Positions 8,094-15,804 of a DNA stretch of 64,000 nt are shown here, one piece after another. The DNA is from Patescibacteria group bacterium (GTDB taxonomy: Bacteria; Patescibacteriota; Patescibacteriia; Patescibacteriales; UBA12465): contig JBAZZR010000001.1 in the NCBI GenBank assembly GCA_041658665.1, forward strand, positions 192,576 through 256,575. The letters run 5' to 3'. The notes beneath the pieces were generated by a model. The model was not told the origin of the DNA. It saw nothing but the letters and a program-made list of their open reading frames with translations, and did not search any database. A program made the position numbers and the translations under genes. Position 1 is the stretch's first letter. Every line of letters begins with the position of its first letter.

Positions 8094-8366
8094 ATGTTTA
8101 TATTAAAGTATTCTAGTCGTTTTAAGAAAGATTTAAAGCTTTATAAACATAATAGAGCCTTACTTGCTGAACTTCAGAAAGTCTTAGATATTCTAGCCAA
8201 AGCCGGTAATTTATCATCCAAAAGCACCAATCATCGTTTGGTCGGAGAATTTAAAAATTGTTTTGAATGCCATATCAAGCCGAACATTCTTCTTATTTAT
8301 AAAATAGAAGAATCAGAAATAACTATTTTATTATTAAGAATTGGTTCACATTCTGAGCTTTTTTAA
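8094..8366 (+). CDS. yafQ: Type II toxin, YafQ family mRNA interferase
   Basis: 'HRLVGEFKNCFECHIKPNILLIYKIEE..ITILLLRIGSHSELF' matches the YafQ signature H.L.G....ECHI.PD.LLIY...RTGSHSDLF. Confidence 0.85.
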   Translation: MFILKYSSRFKKDLKLYKHNRALLAELQKVLDILAKAGNLSSKSTNHRLVGEFKNCFECHIKPNILLIYKIEESEITILLLRIGSHSELF

Positions 8367-8391
8367 GGATCATATAAAAAATATTTTTATT

Positions 8392-9297
8392 ATGAATAAA
8401 GTAATCATTGCTGGGAGTATTAATCAGGATATTGTTGTGTTTGCTCATCATCACCCTAAAATAGGTGAAACTGTTTTTGGTAATAATCTCAAATATTTTC
8501 CCGGTGGTAAGGGCGCCAATCAGGCTATTGCTTCGGCAAAACTTGGAGCGAGAACTGTTATGTTGGGTAGGGTGGGTAACGATACTTTTGGCGAACAACT
8601 GATAGTGTTCCTAAAACAGCAAAATGTTGAAACTCAGATTTTGGTTGAGAAGGATGGGCCAACGGGAACAGCAATTATTACGGTTGCCGGACAAAATTCT
8701 GATAACACTATAGTAGTTATTCCTGGTGCTAATTTTTTATTTACCGCTCAAGACATTAAGGATGTCAGTCTTGAAAAAGGGGATATTCTTGTATCTCAAT
8801 TTGAAATTCCCATAGAAACGGTTGAGGCTTTTTTTCGAAAGGGTAGAGTAGCAGAAACAATTAACGTCTTTAATCCAGCTCCGGCGCAAATTATTTCTCA
8901 GAGTCTCCTCGATATAGTTGATATTCTTATTCTTAATGAAACAGAGCTCAGTTTTATTTCCGGAATGTTAGTCGATGTTAGTAGTGAAGAATCAATTAAG
9001 AATGCGGTACAAAAAATAAAGAATAATAATTTAATTATTGTGGTGACATTAGGTGAACGCGGGGTAATAGCTTTTACTGATGGTAATATAATTAAAGTTC
9101 CTGGCCGAAAAGTTAAAGTCATTGATACAACTGGCGCTGGAGATTGTTTTGTTGGCGCTTTGGCTGCTAGTATGGCTAGAGGTAAAACTTTTACCGAAAG
9201 CCTTGTTTCTGCTAATATAGCTGCCTCCATTTCTGTTACCAGAGAAGGCGCGGGTTCATCCATGCCAAGCTTAGATGAGGTTGCCACTTTGATTTAA
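8392..9297 (+). CDS. rbsK: Ribokinase
   Basis: Contains 'VIIAGSINQDIV', 'GGKGANQA' and the PfkB signature 'DTTGAGDCFVGALA'. ATG 8392 is preferred over the listed 8341, which overlaps yafQ. Confidence 0.85.
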   Translation: MNKVIIAGSINQDIVVFAHHHPKIGETVFGNNLKYFPGGKGANQAIASAKLGARTVMLGRVGNDTFGEQLIVFLKQQNVETQILVEKDGPTGTAIITVAGQNSDNTIVVIPGANFLFTAQDIKDVSLEKGDILVSQFEIPIETVEAFFRKGRVAETINVFNPAPAQIISQSLLDIVDILILNETELSFISGMLVDVSSEESIKNAVQKIKNNNLIIVVTLGERGVIAFTDGNIIKVPGRKVKVIDTTGAGDCFVGALAASMARGKTFTESLVSANIAASISVTREGAGSSMPSLDEVATLI

Positions 9298-9341
9298 TAA
9301 TTTCTTATTAGTCTATAAATTTATTGGCATTTTCTTTTATT

Positions 9342-9932
9342 CTAATTTGGATATAGTTTCACCTTGCGTTCCTTTGCTAGTATTATTGAGTTAATAACGA
9401 TATTGGGGATAGTAAAAAAAGCGAGAGTAAGAATGAAATAATCTGGCTCGTATTTATATTTAAAAAATATAAAAATAGATAAAATTATCGAAATAAATAT
9501 GAATGTTAGGCTCTGGAAGTGTAATATTCTATTGAAGACGGAATCTTGATTTTTGGTTAATTTTATATATTGCAGTAGATGAGATAAAATTTGGATAGGA
9601 AGTGTGAAATATATTAGAGCTATAAGTATTCCGCCGTTTCCTCCGAACAGGAGCCCATTTAGAGCAAAACATAGTGTAGCGATAACCACCGTTACTACTC
9701 CTGAATATTTTTTTTGAGGTAGACCCTCGTTAATCGAACTAGGGCTAAGTTCTTTATAAAATAACCATAAGAGTAGGACTATCGGTATCATGAAAAATAA
9801 ACTAGCAAGTTGATCGGTGTTGTGAGTTATTATTGAGGATATAACTAAAATAACCCCAGACACTAAAAAATAGGCGGCGATAATGGTAATCAATATTTTA
9901 GTAGCCGATCTAAAAAATTCTTTAATTTGCAT
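9342..9932 (-). CDS. Hypothetical polytopic membrane protein
   Basis: 196-aa ORF, hydrophobic throughout (about 6 TM segments). No family was recognised. Confidence 0.5.
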   Translation of the reverse strand: MQIKEFFRSATKILITIIAAYFLVSGVILVISSIITHNTDQLASLFFMIPIVLLLWLFYKELSPSSINEGLPQKKYSGVVTVVIATLCFALNGLLFGGNGGILIALIYFTLPIQILSHLLQYIKLTKNQDSVFNRILHFQSLTFIFISIILSIFIFFKYKYEPDYFILTLAFFTIPNIVINSIILAKERKVKLYPN

Positions 9933-10000
9933 AGGATAGATTTATAATTATTTATATTTAAATTTTATATAATTCTATGGTTTGTGAATAGCTTTATTTT

Positions 10001-10051
10001 AGGGCTATTTTTTGGTAGGGAGTTTATCGCTTTAGAACGGTATGTTATAAT
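10001..10051 (+). repeat. Right-half repeat copy with promoter (upstream of cupin gene)
   Basis: AGGGCTATTTTTTGGTAGGGAGTTTATCGCTTTAGAACGGTATGTTATAAT aligns with E3's right half (2240..2291) with only a few substitutions and ends in an exact TGTTATAAT. Confidence 0.75.
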
Positions 10052-10070
10052 TTAAATATAACATATAAAT

Positions 10071-10418
10071 ATGAAAACCACTAAAAAAGAAGCCGAGGTA
10101 AAGTCAAAATTTGGTATTAATCTTTGGGTTTATCAAACAAACACGAAAAAAGCTGGCTTTGTTTATACCGAGGTTGCCGAAGGACATCTTGAGGAGTTTT
10201 ATAATAAAGTTAGTACGTTTATTTATTATATATTGGAAGGAGAGGGAAAATTTTTTTTAGATGGGGTTGAAACATTCGTTAAAGCGACCGATTTGGTTGT
10301 TATTCCTCCGAATACTAAAATTTATTACTTAGGTAAAATGAAGCTGAATTTAATAACTGTACCGGCTTGGGCCCCTGAAAATGAAGTGCATGTTAGAAAT
10401 ATTAATGTTATTCCATAA
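10071..10418 (+). CDS. Cupin domain protein
   Basis: 115 aa with 'YYILEGEGKFFLDGVETFVKATDLVVIPPNTKIYY', a typical cupin beta-barrel core. Confidence 0.6.
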   Translation: MKTTKKEAEVKSKFGINLWVYQTNTKKAGFVYTEVAEGHLEEFYNKVSTFIYYILEGEGKFFLDGVETFVKATDLVVIPPNTKIYYLGKMKLNLITVPAWAPENEVHVRNINVIP

Positions 10419-10472
10419 TACTCTTAGCTAATCCCCGAGATGGAATTTGTGATTAAAGAATATTAAAAAATA

Positions 10473-10883
10473 TTGGTTAAAAATTTTATGAATAAATATT
10501 GGATACGTTTAACTTTGGCGGTATTATTTATATTAGTTTCGTTGCCATTTTTTTGGGAATCTATTTGGATACTAGGAGGATGTGGCCGATTCGGAGCCGG
10601 AGGATGCGAGATGGAGGGCCTGGCTTTCATTTTTATATTTCCAGCATTTGTCCTGATGATATTTTTTAGTTTATTTTGTTATAAATCTTATAGGCGTTGG
10701 GCAATTTTAATTTTAAAAATATTATTGCCAGGGGTTAGTTTCCTATCATTAATATTTTTGATTACCAATGCTAACGATTTATTCTTTTCACGTATTTTTG
10801 ATATATCGTCTTTTTCATGTCTAATCCCAATTTTTATTTTATCATCTGTTGCGGCTATTATATGTTTTCTATCGGATAAATAA
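10473..10883 (+). CDS. Hypothetical membrane protein
   Basis: 136-aa hydrophobic ORF with a TTG start. No family was recognised. Confidence 0.4.
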   Translation: MVKNFMNKYWIRLTLAVLFILVSLPFFWESIWILGGCGRFGAGGCEMEGLAFIFIFPAFVLMIFFSLFCYKSYRRWAILILKILLPGVSFLSLIFLITNANDLFFSRIFDISSFSCLIPIFILSSVAAIICFLSDK

Positions 10884-10923
10884 GACATATCAGTTCTGAC
10901 GGCGCTCCATAAAATAAAACCAA

Positions 10924-10943
10924 GCGGTCGAGGGTGGGGAACC
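10924..10943 (-). repeat. Degenerate inverted copy of the repeat core
   Basis: The minus strand reads GGTTCCCCACCCTCGACCGC, against the core GTCCCACCCTCTCCGC. Confidence 0.35.
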
Positions 10944-11138
10944 AGGTATGTAAAGATATAGCACAATATAATAGGGATATCAGATATATAGGGTTAAAAT
11001 AGTCAATATTTTTAGACTTGATTTCTGGCGCAAAAATTGTTAGGATAAATATATCATAATAACGCCCATTAATTTTTTGGACGTTATTTATTTGTTAGTT
11101 GTTAAATTTCTTGTTCTTTCAATAATTTAGGAGATCCA

Positions 11139-11519
11139 ATGGTCCAACAGAAAGTTAAGCGAACATTAATATCAGCCAGTATTTTAACGTCAATTTTAGT
11201 TTTTTTGGCTTTATTCGCTAATAATATATATCTTTGGTTTATCACGATTTTTATTATTTTACTTGTTTATTTATTTGTTTATTTACAGGCGCACCCGTTT
11301 AATCGTTTGCGCCCGGGCAGAATTTACGAATTAACACACTGTGAATATCATGGTTCAAATATCAGTTTTGTTATTTTTCGAACCGCCAATCAGAAAAAAA
11401 CCGTGCTAATCAGTAAAAATATTCATTTTCAAGATGAACCAAAAGTCGGTCAAAATTTTTTAGCCAAAAAAAATGAACGAAGCAAAGGTTTGATATTATG
11501 TGTCGTTAAAAAAGATTAG
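11139..11519 (+). CDS. Hypothetical membrane protein
   Basis: 126 aa with two N-terminal TM helices. A GGAG RBS precedes the ATG and a terminator follows at 11535..11564. Confidence 0.45.
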   Translation: MVQQKVKRTLISASILTSILVFLALFANNIYLWFITIFIILLVYLFVYLQAHPFNRLRPGRIYELTHCEYHGSNISFVIFRTANQKKTVLISKNIHFQDEPKVGQNFLAKKNERSKGLILCVVKKD

Positions 11520-11534
11520 GGCGTCCTGTCTTTC

Positions 11535-11564
11535 AAAAAGGTTTGTTAATCAAACCTTTTTTTA
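11535..11564 (+). terminator. Rho-independent terminator at the right edge of the AT-rich island
   Basis: AAAAAGGTTTG-TTAAT-CAAACCTTTTT hairpin followed by a T-run. Confidence 0.7.
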
Positions 11565-11590
11565 TTGGTTTTGGTTGACATTGATCTTGG

Positions 11591-11619
11591 TTGACAGATG
11601 ATAATTTTTTAGGTAATAT
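11591..11619 (+). promoter_or_regulatory. Candidate promoter TTGACA-17-TAATAT
   Basis: Lies upstream of GTG 11679. TTGGTTGACA is directly repeated (at about 11569 and 11588). Confidence 0.45.
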
Positions 11620-11678
11620 TTTTAGTTAAACAGTTATTTAACAAGAGTGTAATCATCAATTAATTTAGGAGAATTATC

Positions 11679-13331
11679 GTGAATAATTTTTTGAGTTTTG
11701 TATTTTTATTTAGTATCTTGACCCTGGGTCAGGATATTAATAAATGTACTATTCGATTTTTTAAATATTCGGATAGTGTGTCTGTTGATATAAATTCTAA
11801 AGCCAAGGCCGTGGCTTGGCCGAGGTTTACGCCGGGGAATCATTCTCCCGATAGTAGTTTATCTTTTACTCTAAGTCGGAGTGATCCTATCAGTTCTTCT
11901 TGGACAGCGACTTTAGCGCCAAGGAAAAGAGGCCAAAGTTCGGGACGGGTTAGCGCGGCCGCTAGTATTTATCATATTTCGTCTGGTCCGCTACCGCCTG
12001 ATTTATTCTTGCCTTTAGAGCTAGAGCTAGAAGTTCCGACCACTAAGGATTTAGTTTTTCATGGTCGGATATTTAAGGGGGGAGATCAAGCGCCGTCTAG
12101 CTCGAGAATTATTACGGAAAAATTCAGTGATTATTTCATAGCTCGAGAATTCCCGGTGATCCTATTAGATACGGGAAAATATCTCGTTCGTTATTCTCGG
12201 CTTAATAGTTTTGATTCAATTAAGGTTGTTTATTCTTGGGCCGATAATCTCGGCCGAGCAAAATTATCTGGAGCTTTTGCGGCCGTTGATAGCGCCGCCA
12301 ACCAAATTGGCCGGCTAGCGCCAAATTTTTGGCATCGGTATATCCAAAATTTTGACGGAGTCGAATTTACTTTGACGTATATTATTGGTTCCGATTTAAT
12401 CACCGGTTTAGAAAGTTGCAGCGCTCCTTATTTAGTAACGACGCCACAATTTATTTCTGAAGAGTTGCCCTATCATGTATTACTCCATACGTTGATCGGT
12501 AAATTTTGTGCCCCGGAGGAATATCGGGCGGACGACGGGCATTATCATCCATCCGACCTCCTCGGATTTTATGAAGGTTTAACTACCTTTTTAAGTCTAA
12601 GATTTAGTCCGGGCGACTTAACGGATTTCGCTAATAAATTAGCGGGAAATTTATATCGCGCGAAATTAGCTCCCGATTATGTTGATTTACGCGAATTAGC
12701 CTATGATCAAAAATGGGAAAGTTGGTATGCTAAGGGTTATTTATCTTGGTTACCACTCCAGGCGGCGGGGCTAGACGTTCCGGCGCTTGTTAGTTGGATC
12801 TTTGAGGATGAATTAATAAATTCTGGTCGGACTTTTATTCAGTTTAGTAATATTTTAGACTGGCTGAAAAAATTTAAGCCGGCGGTTTACGAATTAGCGG
12901 CTAAAAATTATCAGGGTGATTATTTGGCGGCGGCTTGGCAGATACTAGCCGCGGCTGGTTGGAGTCCGGCGCCGTTAAAGGAAAGCCCTAGATGGCATAA
13001 ATATTATTTAGGGCCTTATCCAATAACGCCAGGCGTTCAGCTTCCGACTGATGATTATCCAGTTCTTTCCGGGTACCCTAAGTATTTAATCACTCCCGAT
13101 GGCTCTAAACTAGTCATTGAAGCGACTGATGACGACGAAGCTTTAAGGCTTTTTAAAAGTCAGCCGGATCAATTATTTTTAGTAGAATTTTCGAGCGGCG
13201 AAAAACTTGAACTTAAAGATAATTTTTGTTTTTCTGACGGGACGCCGTATTTTATGTTCGGGAAAATAAAAACTAATTTAAGCCAGGAACAAAAAGTTTT
13301 CTGGCAAAAACTAGATCACTTCACTAAATAA
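11679..13331 (+). CDS. Hypothetical secreted protein
   Basis: 550-aa ORF with a GTG start preceded by an AGGAG RBS and a hydrophobic N-terminal signal-like segment. No family was recognised. Confidence 0.55.
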   Translation: MNNFLSFVFLFSILTLGQDINKCTIRFFKYSDSVSVDINSKAKAVAWPRFTPGNHSPDSSLSFTLSRSDPISSSWTATLAPRKRGQSSGRVSAAASIYHISSGPLPPDLFLPLELELEVPTTKDLVFHGRIFKGGDQAPSSSRIITEKFSDYFIAREFPVILLDTGKYLVRYSRLNSFDSIKVVYSWADNLGRAKLSGAFAAVDSAANQIGRLAPNFWHRYIQNFDGVEFTLTYIIGSDLITGLESCSAPYLVTTPQFISEELPYHVLLHTLIGKFCAPEEYRADDGHYHPSDLLGFYEGLTTFLSLRFSPGDLTDFANKLAGNLYRAKLAPDYVDLRELAYDQKWESWYAKGYLSWLPLQAAGLDVPALVSWIFEDELINSGRTFIQFSNILDWLKKFKPAVYELAAKNYQGDYLAAAWQILAAAGWSPAPLKESPRWHKYYLGPYPITPGVQLPTDDYPVLSGYPKYLITPDGSKLVIEATDDDEALRLFKSQPDQLFLVEFSSGEKLELKDNFCFSDGTPYFMFGKIKTNLSQEQKVFWQKLDHFTK

Positions 13332-13348
13332 TAAGGAGGTGAAAATCT

Positions 13349-13382
13349 ATCTCCGTTTGGCTGGACCAGACGGAGATTTTTT
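13349..13382 (+). terminator. Rho-independent terminator
   Basis: ATCTCCGT-(13 nt loop)-ACGGAGAT followed by TTTTTT. Confidence 0.65.
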
Positions 13383-13457
13383 ATATAAAAGATTACGGCT
13401 AGGCGCGGCGAAAGTCGTTCATTTGAGTCGTGGTCGGCCTTCTGCTATGATATAAGG

Positions 13458-14195
13458 ATGAAATATGATATTGCAATTAAAGAGGCTAAAGCCGCTCAGC
13501 GGCTTGAATTAGGGTTTTTCGTTTTTTGTTTTGTTTTAGTTAGTTTTTATGGCGTGGTCTTTTTAGCGCGGCCAGCCTCGGCCGCCGCTAAAACTATTCT
13601 TTTAAAAGTCCCTTTTACTTCTCAAGCGCCTTTAGGCCAGTGGCAAGACGAACGGCAGCAAGATGGTTGCGAGGAAGCGGCGGCTTTAATGGCGCTCGCT
13701 TGGCTTAAGCCGACGAGTGCCGTTAATAAATTAGGCAGGACGCTCACTAAAAAAGAGTGGCAGGATAAAATTATTAATCTTTCTAATTGGGAGGAAAAAA
13801 AATATGGCGAGTATCGAGACGTCTCGCTCGGCGATATTCGGGATTGGATATTTAAAGATTATTTTTCTTATAGCTCGACGACGGTTAAAAAAGTCGCTAG
13901 TGCCTCCGACATAATTAAAGAATTAGAGAAGGGAAATTTAGTCTTAACGCCAATGAACGGACGCGCTTTAAAAAATCCTTATTTTACGTATCCAGGACCG
14001 GAGCGGCACATGATTTTAATTAAGGGTTATGACTATAAAACGAAACAGTTTATTACTAACGATCCCGGCACGCGGCGCGGCGAAAATTATCGTTATAGCG
14101 CGCTGACGATATTTAAAGCTATCCGACCTTATCAGACCGGGAGTAAAGTCGCTTTTGTTAAGTTGGTGAAGGAGATGCTCGTTATTAGCCGCTAA
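13458..14195 (+). CDS. Peptidase C39-like domain protein, membrane anchored
   Basis: An N-terminal TM helix is followed by 'VPFTSQAPLGQWQDERQQDGCEEAAALMA', which resembles the VP..SQ...W....C motif of C39-like cysteine peptidase domains. Confidence 0.55.
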   Translation: MKYDIAIKEAKAAQRLELGFFVFCFVLVSFYGVVFLARPASAAAKTILLKVPFTSQAPLGQWQDERQQDGCEEAAALMALAWLKPTSAVNKLGRTLTKKEWQDKIINLSNWEEKKYGEYRDVSLGDIRDWIFKDYFSYSSTTVKKVASASDIIKELEKGNLVLTPMNGRALKNPYFTYPGPERHMILIKGYDYKTKQFITNDPGTRRGENYRYSALTIFKAIRPYQTGSKVAFVKLVKEMLVISR

Positions 14196-14218
14196 AGTTA
14201 ATTTAGATTTTTTTTAAA

Positions 14219-14740
14219 CTATTCAATGCAGCAGTTAATAACTTTTTTGACTAAGGCGCCTAATCGGCCGGTTAGGCCTTTTTTTTCGGTATTAATCGCC
14301 TCATCGTCGATCTTTTTTACTTCGCCTAAATCAATTAGTTTCATATTCAAGCCCCAGAATAGGGAATAGAGATCGTAGGCTTTTTTAAACATTTCGGCGG
14401 CCTCCTCTTTACTCCCTTTGCCTTGAGCCTTAGTGCCGACTTCCATTAAGCGGTAAGAGGCGGCTAAGAGATGTTTAGAAATACACCAGACTTCGCCTTC
14501 GTATTCTTTGATAATTTTTTTGAGGAGCGATTTACGCATTTCTCGGACATCATTTAAGAGATCATAATATTTAGGGTTTTCGGTTTTCGCGCCGGTAAAG
14601 AAGAAATGTTCCTCAATACTCACTAAGTTCATAATCGCGATACTTAGATCCTGATCGGAAGAGAGGTCGAAGACATTATCTTTTTTAAGCTGGTCGACTT
14701 TGGCGACCATTTCGTTGAGGCTTAGTATTTTTTCAGACAT
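14219..14740 (-). CDS. Hypothetical protein
   Basis: 173-aa ORF with coding-like composition. No family was recognised. Confidence 0.55.
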   Translation of the reverse strand: MSEKILSLNEMVAKVDQLKKDNVFDLSSDQDLSIAIMNLVSIEEHFFFTGAKTENPKYYDLLNDVREMRKSLLKKIIKEYEGEVWCISKHLLAASYRLMEVGTKAQGKGSKEEAAEMFKKAYDLYSLFWGLNMKLIDLGEVKKIDDEAINTEKKGLTGRLGALVKKVINCCIE

Positions 14741-14766
14741 ATTTTTAGGGGTTGAAGAAATAATTT

Positions 14767-15273
14767 TTATTTAGTTAAAAAATAGAAAATAAAGCTGCTA
14801 ATAATTAAAGCGGCGACGGGCATAGCGACTTTTTGAAAAGGGAATTGAGCGTGGCCGAGCCGGGTTTTTATTTTTTTATACCAAATAACCGCGCCGAGGA
14901 AAACGAGACTGCCTAAAGCGGTTCCGAGAATTAATTTATCTACGCCCCAGAGGCGATTGGTTGGCTGGCCGATTAGGTTTTGCGCCCAGAGCGGCCAAAA
15001 AGTTAGCCCGTAATAAAGAATAACTACTAAAATATCGCGCCAATCGCTATTGCCGAAGCGGTAGCCTTTTTTATTTAACCAATCAATGGTCCAGATTATC
15101 ATCGATACTAAAAGACCGCCGATCCAGAGGCCAGCGATCGTATCATCGATTCCCAGGTATTCGCTTAAGCCTAGTCCAGCGCTGACCGCTACTACGCAGA
15201 CTGGACAAATCGCTTGCGCCGGTATCGCCGAGAGACTAAAGAGTAGGGGGAAAAAATAGAAGATTTTTTTCAT
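14767..15273 (-). CDS. Membrane protein with a single CxxC motif
   Basis: A signal peptide is followed by 'AICPVCVVA' and about 4 TM helices. It lies directly downstream of the thioredoxin-fold gene on the same strand. Confidence 0.5.
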   Translation of the reverse strand: MKKIFYFFPLLFSLSAIPAQAICPVCVVAVSAGLGLSEYLGIDDTIAGLWIGGLLVSMIIWTIDWLNKKGYRFGNSDWRDILVVILYYGLTFWPLWAQNLIGQPTNRLWGVDKLILGTALGSLVFLGAVIWYKKIKTRLGHAQFPFQKVAMPVAALIISSFIFYFLTK

Positions 15274-15277
15274 AAGT

Positions 15278-15637
15278 TTATTTCGTTTGGAAATAATTAA
15301 TGATATCTTGATCGCCTATTAAACATTTTTCTCCGTCGAAGAAGAAGGGGACGTTAATTCCTTGACTCGTATCAATTTTACATTCTTGAGCCTTTTTCGC
15401 TAGGAGTTGGGAATTCGCCTGGTTAGCGGAGACTTCTAATTCTTGGAATTTTAATTTATTTCTAATGTCATTAGCTTCAATATAACTAGCGACATTTTGG
15501 CAATGAATACAGCTCGTACTATAGAAAAGAATCATTGGCGAGGCAGTAGAAGAATATTTCGCGTAAATTATCGCGCCGATAAAGATAATAATTATTCCGA
15601 GGATAACTAGTGGCCGATATTTTTTATTGTTTGGCAT
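15278..15637 (-). CDS. Membrane-anchored thioredoxin/glutaredoxin-fold protein
   Basis: An N-terminal TM anchor is followed by 'ILFYSTSCIHCQNV' (CxxC active site at a beta1-alpha1 position) and a C-terminal 'VPFFFDGEKCLIG'. Confidence 0.6.
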   Translation of the reverse strand: MPNNKKYRPLVILGIIIIFIGAIIYAKYSSTASPMILFYSTSCIHCQNVASYIEANDIRNKLKFQELEVSANQANSQLLAKKAQECKIDTSQGINVPFFFDGEKCLIGDQDIINYFQTK

Positions 15638-15804
15638 ATTATTAATTTTAATTAGGGGCGGCTAGTCGAGCCAAGGCTAATTAAAAATTAGGATTTTTTA
15701 ATTCATTTTTATAATAGCATTTTTCTGCGGTTTCGGTCTATGTTTTAGTGCTCCCCCGTTGGGGTTTACTATAAGAAGAGTTTTTATTTCGGCGTGGCCT
15801 TTAT

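Noticed and set aside
8323-9287. Antisense ORFs 8323..8598 and 8898..9287 opposite rbsK. The same applies to 20092..20526 opposite pilM, 23441..23716 opposite pilB, 16726..16911 opposite thrS and 3027..3302 opposite the SDR gene.
   Set aside because: They are shadow ORFs on the opposite strand of genes with clear family signatures, and they have no motifs of their own.
13447-13455. TGATATAAG as an extended -10 promoter for the C39-like gene.
   Set aside because: It ends only 2 nt before ATG 13458, which is too close for either a leadered or a leaderless transcript start.
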